Below, piece after piece: positions 1 to 6,238 of a DNA stretch of 11,526 nucleotides. Source of the DNA: Sandaracinaceae bacterium (GTDB lineage: Bacteria; Myxococcota_A; Polyangia; Polyangiales; Sandaracinaceae); NCBI GenBank assembly GCA_044220955.1, contig JBGAQA010000023.1, positions 73,158-84,683 on the forward strand. The letters run 5' to 3'. Position 1 is the first letter of the stretch. Every line of letters starts with the position of its first letter. Both the position numbers and the translations under genes were made by a program. The notes under the pieces are model-generated. The model saw only the letters and a program-made list of their open reading frames with translations. It was not told the DNA's origin and made no database searches.

Positions 1-2
1 AG

Positions 3-923
3 AGCGCGATGAGCCTCTCGGCGGAGCCGACCACCGCGGACACGGCGACCGTCGGGATCGCCCTCGTCAGCGTCGGGAGCACGACGACGCCCGCGACGAT
101 CGAGGATCTCACGGTGACCGGGTTCGGCGGACGCGGCGCGGCCTACGTGGACGGCATCATCCGGTGGAACGTCGGGATGATCGCCGGCAACGCCGGCGTC
201 GGCGTCGTGGTTCAGGGCGGCAACGTCGTGATGGACGGGGTCACGATCGACGGAACGCTCCCGCTCTCGGGCGGGCTCGTGCCGGGTCTCTCGATGGCCG
301 CGTCCGGCGGCGCGGAGATCGGCGGTGCCGGGCTGGAGATCGGCAACGCCACCGGCTACGGGCTCGTGCTCTTCGACGGGACGGCGGCGCTCGACGATCT
401 CTCCGTGCACGACAACTCGCTCGCCGGCGTCTGGTCGCAGGGCTCCGTGAGCCTGACGCTCCGGGGGGCCGGCACGTCGGTGGCCCGAAATGGTGGGGCG
501 GGCGTCGCCGCGCTCGGCACGCGCACGCTGGCGATCGAGGGTGGACGGATCGAGGACACGCGCGCCATCCCGCGGGTGATCGGCGGGATGGGCGTGCAGA
601 TGGTCGGCGACGGTCTGCACGTCGTGTCCGGCACCGACATCGACCACGTCGACGGGATCATCCTCGCGGGCAACGCCCGCGTGGGCATGCTGCTCGACGC
701 CGGCGGGGGCGCCCTCTCCGGAGCGATCACGAACGTCACCGTCTCGGGCACCGGCACGGAGCTCGGCGCGGTCGCGCAGAACGGCACCATCCCCTCGAGC
801 TGGGACTCCGGGATCATGCGCTCCGGTGACGTCGTCGCGAACGACGCGGCATTCACCGGCACGCTGCCGATCCTCGGCGATCGGCTGACCGCGCCAGCGC
901 TCGGGGCCGTCGACGGGATCTGA
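3..923 (+). CDS. Right-handed parallel beta-helix repeat protein (5'-partial, probably extracellular)
   Basis: Gly/Val/Asn-rich repeats such as 'IAGNAGVGVVVQGG', 'VHDNSLAGVWSQG', 'VARNGGAGVAALG' and 'LAGNARVGMLLD' are typical beta-helix coils. The frame is open to the window edge upstream of ATG 9. Stop TGA at 921-923. Confidence 0.7.
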   Translation, partial: SAMSLSAEPTTADTATVGIALVSVGSTTTPATIEDLTVTGFGGRGAAYVDGIIRWNVGMIAGNAGVGVVVQGGNVVMDGVTIDGTLPLSGGLVPGLSMAASGGAEIGGAGLEIGNATGYGLVLFDGTAALDDLSVHDNSLAGVWSQGSVSLTLRGAGTSVARNGGAGVAALGTRTLAIEGGRIEDTRAIPRVIGGMGVQMVGDGLHVVSGTDIDHVDGIILAGNARVGMLLDAGGGALSGAITNVTVSGTGTELGAVAQNGTIPSSWDSGIMRSGDVVANDAAFTGTLPILGDRLTAPALGAVDGI

Positions 924-931
924 GGCGGTGA

Positions 932-1426
932 TCAGAAGTCGACGCTGACCGACGCGTAGGCGCCGCCCTCGGTGGGCGCGAGCGCGATGCGCAGGTTGGG
1001 CACGTTCGCCTCGTCCCACGAAGGGTTGGTGGCGATGAGCGTGATGCCGGAGATCAGCGCGAGCAGGCCCGCGCCGCCGGCGAGGCCCGCCGCCGCGAAC
1101 CACCCCGTCGCGTCGTGGCCGGAGCACTCCGACCAGCAGATCGGGTGCGCGACGAGCGAGCCGACGAGCGCGAGCACGAGGCCGCCGCCCATGCCGAGCG
1201 CGCCGACCGGCACGAGCGCGTAGCCGGCGATGCGGCTCGGGTTGCGGCGCGGGCCGTGGAGGTCGAGCGACTCGCTCGCGCGAGCGTCGTGCGAGGACGC
1301 CTCGGGAGCCGTGTGCTCGACGGCGGGCGCGACCGGCTCGCGCTGCGCCGCGGCGACGCCACCGAGCTGCCCCCACGCGAGCAGGAAGGTCACCGCGAAC
1401 GCCCACACCGTGCCTCGAGTCGTCAT
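932..1426 (-). CDS. Hypothetical secreted/membrane protein (164 aa) with signal peptide, two Gly-rich hydrophobic segments and a C-terminal beta-hairpin ending in Phe
   Basis: Start reassigned to ATG 1426 (MTTRGTVWAFAVTFLLAW...AAAQ), which is preceded by a GGAGA Shine-Dalgarno sequence and a sigma54-type promoter. The protein ends LRIALAPTEGGAYASVSVDF. Confidence 0.7.
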   Translation of the reverse strand: MTTRGTVWAFAVTFLLAWGQLGGVAAAQREPVAPAVEHTAPEASSHDARASESLDLHGPRRNPSRIAGYALVPVGALGMGGGLVLALVGSLVAHPICWSECSGHDATGWFAAAGLAGGAGLLALISGITLIATNPSWDEANVPNLRIALAPTEGGAYASVSVDF

Positions 1427-1452
1427 GTTCGTCTCCGTCTGCCGATGGACGA

Positions 1453-1468
1453 AGCAGTCCGCGTGCCC
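1453..1468 (-). promoter_or_regulatory. Putative sigma54 (-24/-12) promoter for the 932..1426 gene
   Basis: Minus strand reads GGGCACGCGGACTGCT, an exact GG-N10-GC spacing close to the TGGCACG-N4-TTGC consensus, about 27 nt upstream of the ATG. Confidence 0.6.
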
Positions 1469-1574
1469 CCGAAATCCCGCGTCGATTCCGGGGGCTCCGT
1501 GCAACTCGATGCACGTCGGGCGCGCTCGGCGCGGAGGGTGTGCATCGCGCGACACACGTCGATAGAGTCCGCTC

Positions 1575-1949
1575 GTGGCCCAGAAGCGCGCCGACGATCG
1601 ACCCTTCGAGCGTGTCTGGGGGCTCGTCCGGGCCATCCCGCGCGGGCGGGTCGCGACCTACGGGCAGCTCTCGGCGATGATCGCGCACCGGCTCACCCCG
1701 ATCGGCGTCGGCTGGGCCATCCGCGCCGCGCCCGAGGGCACGATCCCTTGGCACCGCGTCGTCGCCGCGAGGGGTCGTGTCTCCACGGATCGCGAGCACC
1801 CGGGCTTGCAGCGCGAGATGCTCGAGAGCGAGCGCGTGCGCTTCGACGACGAGGGCTGCGTCGACCTCGACGAGCACGCGTGGAAGCCGCGTGCGGCGGG
1901 CAGGCTACGTCTGGCGGGGCCGATGCGCGGCCGCCGCCGTTCCGGCTGA
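1575..1949 (+). CDS. atl: Alkyltransferase-like (ATL, MGMT-family DNA-binding) protein
   Basis: Motifs 'VRAIPRGRVATYGQLS', 'VGWA' and 'IPWHRVV'. Trp replaces the catalytic Cys of PCHR, which is diagnostic of ATL/YbaZ-type proteins. 'QREMLESERVRF' also fits. GTG start. Confidence 0.9.
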   Translation: MAQKRADDRPFERVWGLVRAIPRGRVATYGQLSAMIAHRLTPIGVGWAIRAAPEGTIPWHRVVAARGRVSTDREHPGLQREMLESERVRFDDEGCVDLDEHAWKPRAAGRLRLAGPMRGRRRSG

Positions 1950-1968
1950 GTCGGAACGGGGCAGCTCT

Positions 1969-2472
1969 TCAGCCCTGCCCGATGATCTTGTTCACCGTGT
2001 CGTTCGCGCGCCCCTCGATCAGCTGATTGAGCAGCGTTCGCACGCGAGGCGCCTGATCGAGCACGCGCTGCACCCGGTGCCGCGCGAACATCGCGATCGT
2101 CACGTTCGTGATGGCGGTGACGGTCGCCGTGCGGGGTGCGCCCGTGATCACGGACACCTCGCCGACGCATGCGCCGCGACCGAGCTCGGCGAGGTGCACG
2201 CTCCCGCCGGCGCCCGCCGTCTCGACGCGGACCGTCCCGTCCATGACGATGAACATCGTGTCGCCGGGATCTCCCTCGCGCAGGATCGTCTCGCCGGCGT
2301 CGCACTGCATCACGAACGCGCTCGTGATCAGGTGCGCGCGCGACGCGAGGTCGAGCGACTTGAAGAGGTGGCTGCCGAGGACGATCGCCTCCATGTCGCG
2401 CTCGAGCGCTGCTTGCTCTGCCTCGTCGAGCGCGCGGCCACCGCTCGGGATCACGGACGGGCGATGCGTCAC
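1969..2472 (-). CDS. Stand-alone cyclic nucleotide-binding domain protein (167 aa)
   Basis: C-terminal part of the 1969..4221 ORF: 'ILREGDPGDTMFIVMDGTVRV...LGRGACVGEVSVITGAPRTATVTA' is a canonical cNMP-binding fold with a phosphate-binding cassette. GTG start inferred at 2472, just downstream of the hydrolase stop. Confidence 0.85.
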   Translation of the reverse strand: MTHRPSVIPSGGRALDEAEQAALERDMEAIVLGSHLFKSLDLASRAHLITSAFVMQCDAGETILREGDPGDTMFIVMDGTVRVETAGAGGSVHLAELGRGACVGEVSVITGAPRTATVTAITNVTIAMFARHRVQRVLDQAPRVRTLLNQLIEGRANDTVNKIIGQG

Positions 2473-2489
2473 GCGTGCATCGTACCCGA

Positions 2490-3068
2490 TCACGCGCTCA
2501 GGACGTGAACGACGTGCGCGATCGCCCGCGGGTCGGTGACGAGCCAGCGGTGCAGAGCGATGGGGAGGGTCGTCTCGCTCTTCGCGCGCGGCAGGCGGCT
2601 GGACCGCGGCGGCACGATCATGAGGTCGAAGGGCGTCCACAGCGTGTGCACCTCGACCTCGCCCCAGGGGTCCGCGTCGCCCGCGAGATCGCGGAGCAGC
2701 GGGCTCCCCGGCCGCATGTCGCGCACGCCGCGCGCGCGGGGCCCCGCGCTGCGCGCCCAGATCGTCCCCGCGTGGGGCCCGGCGATCGACACGAAGCGAC
2801 GCACGCGCTCGCGCCCGCCGAGCCGCTGCACGTACGCCCGGCAGACGAGCGCGCCCATGCTGAATCCGACCAGGTCGACCCGCGGCCCGAGCGCCTCGGC
2901 CGCCGCTGCCACCTCGCGCCCGAGCTCCAGCAAGGGCGCGCTCCCGTCGGTCCTCGAGAGGGTGATCGCGTCGGTCGCCGGTGCCCCGGCGGCCGAGAGC
3001 GCGCGGGCGATCGGCCCGAGCTTGGCGCCGGTGTCCCAGATCCCGTGAACCAAGAGGACGGGCAGCAT
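2490..3068 (-). CDS. Alpha/beta-fold hydrolase (lipase/esterase family, 192 aa)
   Basis: 'VLLVHGIWD' oxyanion region, 'LVGFSMG' nucleophile elbow (GxSxG), 'SIAGPHAGT', 'TPFDLMIVP' (Asp) and 'LHRWL' (His). Start reassigned to ATG 3068. Confidence 0.88.
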   Translation of the reverse strand: MLPVLLVHGIWDTGAKLGPIARALSAAGAPATDAITLSRTDGSAPLLELGREVAAAAEALGPRVDLVGFSMGALVCRAYVQRLGGRERVRRFVSIAGPHAGTIWARSAGPRARGVRDMRPGSPLLRDLAGDADPWGEVEVHTLWTPFDLMIVPPRSSRLPRAKSETTLPIALHRWLVTDPRAIAHVVHVLSA

Positions 3069-3108
3069 GCGCTCCGAACATAGCGGGTCGTGGTACGAAC
3101 CGCCCCGA

Positions 3109-4248
3109 GTGGCAGGCGAGACGGCGGCAGGACCGGGCGAGCGGCAGGAGGCGATCGACGCGCTGCGGGGGCTCTGCCTCGTCGGGATCGCGATCGTCAA
3201 CGTGCCCTGGATCGGCTTCGGCGAGAACCTGCTCCTGCAGCTCGGCGGCTGGTGGGAGGGCACGCGCGCGCTCGCCGCCGTCGACGTCGTCACCGCGGTC
3301 GGCATCGAGTGGCTCTTCGAGGGGAAGTTCTACCCGCAGTTCTCGATGCTCTTCGGGTTCGGCGCGGGCGTGCTCATGGCGCGCGGGATGGCGATCTACG
3401 CGCGCAGGCTCGCGGTGCTCTTGGTCTTCGGTGTGCTGCACTCGACCTTCGGCTGGTGGGGCGACATCCTCTTGAACTACGCGCTCATGGGCGCGCTGCT
3501 CGCGCTCCTGTGGAAGGCGCCCGCGCGGGTGACGCTCGCCGTCGCGGTGCTGGGCTACGTCGCCTCGACCGGGATCTCGGTCGCCGTCGACTTCGACGGC
3601 TGGCTGAACCCGACGAGCAGCGACCTGACGGAGGCGCTCGCACGCGCGGCCCAGGAGACGGCCGTCTACCGCGACGGGACGTTCGCTTCGATCACCGAGC
3701 ACCGCATCGACGAGCTGAGGGCGTTCTTCGCGCCCTGGGAGTGGAGCTACCGCGCCAACACCGTCGCGATGGGCGCGTTCGGCCTCTGGATCCAGAAGAC
3801 CGGCTGGCTCGCCGACGTGAGCCGGCGGCGCGCGGCGCTCGGCCGCATCGCGGGCTGGACGCTGGGCTTCGGCGTCCCGCTCGCGATCATTCCCTTTCTC
3901 TACATCCCGATCGGCGACGTGCTCGCGGTCGGCTACGCGTCGTTCTTCCTCTGGCTCGCCGCCCGCGGCTCGCTCGACCGCGTGATCCCCGTGCTCGTCC
4001 CGCTCGGCCGCTGCGCGATCAGCGGCTACCTCGGGCAGACGCTGGCATTCACCCTCTTCTTCTACGGCTACGGCCTGGCGATGTACGGCGGCATCACGCC
4101 GTGGCAGGGCGCGCTCTTGTCCGTCTCGGTCTGGTCGGCGGAGGTCTTGCTCGCGCGGCTCTGGCTCGCTCGCTTCGCGCTCGGTCCGGTCGAGTGGCTC
4201 TGGCGCTCGCTCACCTACCAACGCGTGCTGCCGCTGCGCCGCGCGTGA
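3109..4248 (+). CDS. DUF418 (YeiB-like) multi-pass membrane protein
   Basis: 'IDALRGLCLVGIAIVN', 'EGKFYPQFSMLFGFG', 'WWGDILLNYA', 'GRCAISGYLGQT' and 'GPVEWLWRSLTY' are characteristic DUF418 motifs. GTG 3109 is preferred because ATG 3067 overlaps the start of the divergent hydrolase. Confidence 0.88.
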   Translation: MAGETAAGPGERQEAIDALRGLCLVGIAIVNVPWIGFGENLLLQLGGWWEGTRALAAVDVVTAVGIEWLFEGKFYPQFSMLFGFGAGVLMARGMAIYARRLAVLLVFGVLHSTFGWWGDILLNYALMGALLALLWKAPARVTLAVAVLGYVASTGISVAVDFDGWLNPTSSDLTEALARAAQETAVYRDGTFASITEHRIDELRAFFAPWEWSYRANTVAMGAFGLWIQKTGWLADVSRRRAALGRIAGWTLGFGVPLAIIPFLYIPIGDVLAVGYASFFLWLAARGSLDRVIPVLVPLGRCAISGYLGQTLAFTLFFYGYGLAMYGGITPWQGALLSVSVWSAEVLLARLWLARFALGPVEWLWRSLTYQRVLPLRRA

Positions 4249-4262
4249 GCTAGGGTCGAGCC

Positions 4263-4523
4263 GTGAGCTTCGGAAAGAATCCGTTCGTCGCCAAGGCGCA
4301 GGCGGCCGAGCAGAAGGCTGCCGACGCGACCGACGCGATCGCCCGCGTGAGCGCGTACCGCGAGGCAGCGCACCTCTGGGACCGCGCCGCGGAGCGCGAG
4401 AAGCCCGGCAAGGCGCGCAAGGAGTACGAGGACCACGCCGAGCGCAACCGTGCGCTCGCCGACGGCGACGACGCGCCCACCGAGCGCATCTCCATCAAGC
4501 CCCGGTCCCCCACCCTGAACTAG
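4263..4523 (+). CDS. Small conserved-looking hypothetical helical protein (86 aa)
   Basis: Codon usage is typical of high-GC genes, the sequence is Ala/Glu/Lys-rich and helical (MSFGKNPFVAKAQAAEQKA...REAAHLWDRAAERE), it fills the gap between flanking genes, and a TAGGGT -10-like box lies 6 nt upstream of the GTG. Confidence 0.7.
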   Translation: MSFGKNPFVAKAQAAEQKAADATDAIARVSAYREAAHLWDRAAEREKPGKARKEYEDHAERNRALADGDDAPTERISIKPRSPTLN

Positions 4524-4553
4524 AGGGGGTCACCCTGAACTAGAGGGGGTCAC
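4511..4553. repeat. Perfect 20-bp tandem duplication CACCCTGAACTAGAGGGGGT (x2, plus CAC)
   Basis: 4511-4530 is identical to 4531-4550, followed by CAC. The first copy contains the stop codon of the 86-aa gene. Confidence 0.95.
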
Positions 4554-4610
4554 TCCAGCCCTACCCAACCATCTGGAATCATTACGTTCTGGCGGGTAGG
4601 TGCGCGATCT

Positions 4611-6023
<1,413 letters not shown>

Positions 6024-6044
6024 GGCAAGGTGTCCATCAGCCAT

Positions 6045-6073
6045 GACATTGTGACGCTCGGCGACATAATGTC
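6045..6073. promoter_or_regulatory. Tandem palindromic operator/enhancer sites (GACATTGTGAC and GACATAATGTC, 18 bp apart)
   Basis: 6063-6073 GACAT-A-ATGTC is a perfect inverted repeat and 6045-6055 is a degenerate copy. They form an AT-rich island directly upstream of the bEBP gene. Confidence 0.6.
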
Positions 6074-6210
6074 TATTCCGGTCTTCGCGTGGAGAGCCGC
6101 CGCCGGGCGCCCGCCCAGGTTCCGGTCGCCCGTGCGGCCTGGCCCCGCCGCGTGCTGCGCTCGCGGCCCCGATCTGCTGCCTCCGCGCCGCAGGGGCGCA
6201 CTGCGGGTCG

Positions 6211-6226
6211 CGGCATCCGCCTTGCG
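6211..6226 (+). promoter_or_regulatory. Putative sigma54 (-24/-12) promoter for the peptidase gene
   Basis: CGGCATCCGCCTTGCG has exact GG-N10-GC spacing with TTGC at -12. The predicted +1 is near 6237, adjacent to GTG 6239. Confidence 0.6.
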
Positions 6227-6238
6227 AAGCGTGCCCCC

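Noticed and set aside
1427..1636. N-terminal extension of the 932..1636 ORF
   Set aside because: It overlaps the atl start and the regulatory palindromes. ATG 1426 has an SD sequence, a promoter and a signal peptide.
1575..1949. Active O6-methylguanine methyltransferase (ogt), or a pseudogene of it
   Set aside because: PWHR instead of PCHR is the normal signature of the known ATL family, so this is neither an active transferase nor a novelty.
2473..4221. 750-aa ORF 1969..4221 as a single protein
   Set aside because: The N-terminal ~580 aa are an Arg/Ala-rich shadow of the DUF418 and hydrolase genes. Only the last 167 aa form a recognisable cNMP domain.
4511..4553. CRISPR array
   Set aside because: Only two directly abutting 20-bp copies, with no spacers and no cas genes.
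4570..4600. dif/Xer site or IHF site in AATCATTACGTTC
   Set aside because: Only a loose resemblance. There is no XerC/XerD arm symmetry, and the IHF consensus match is imperfect.
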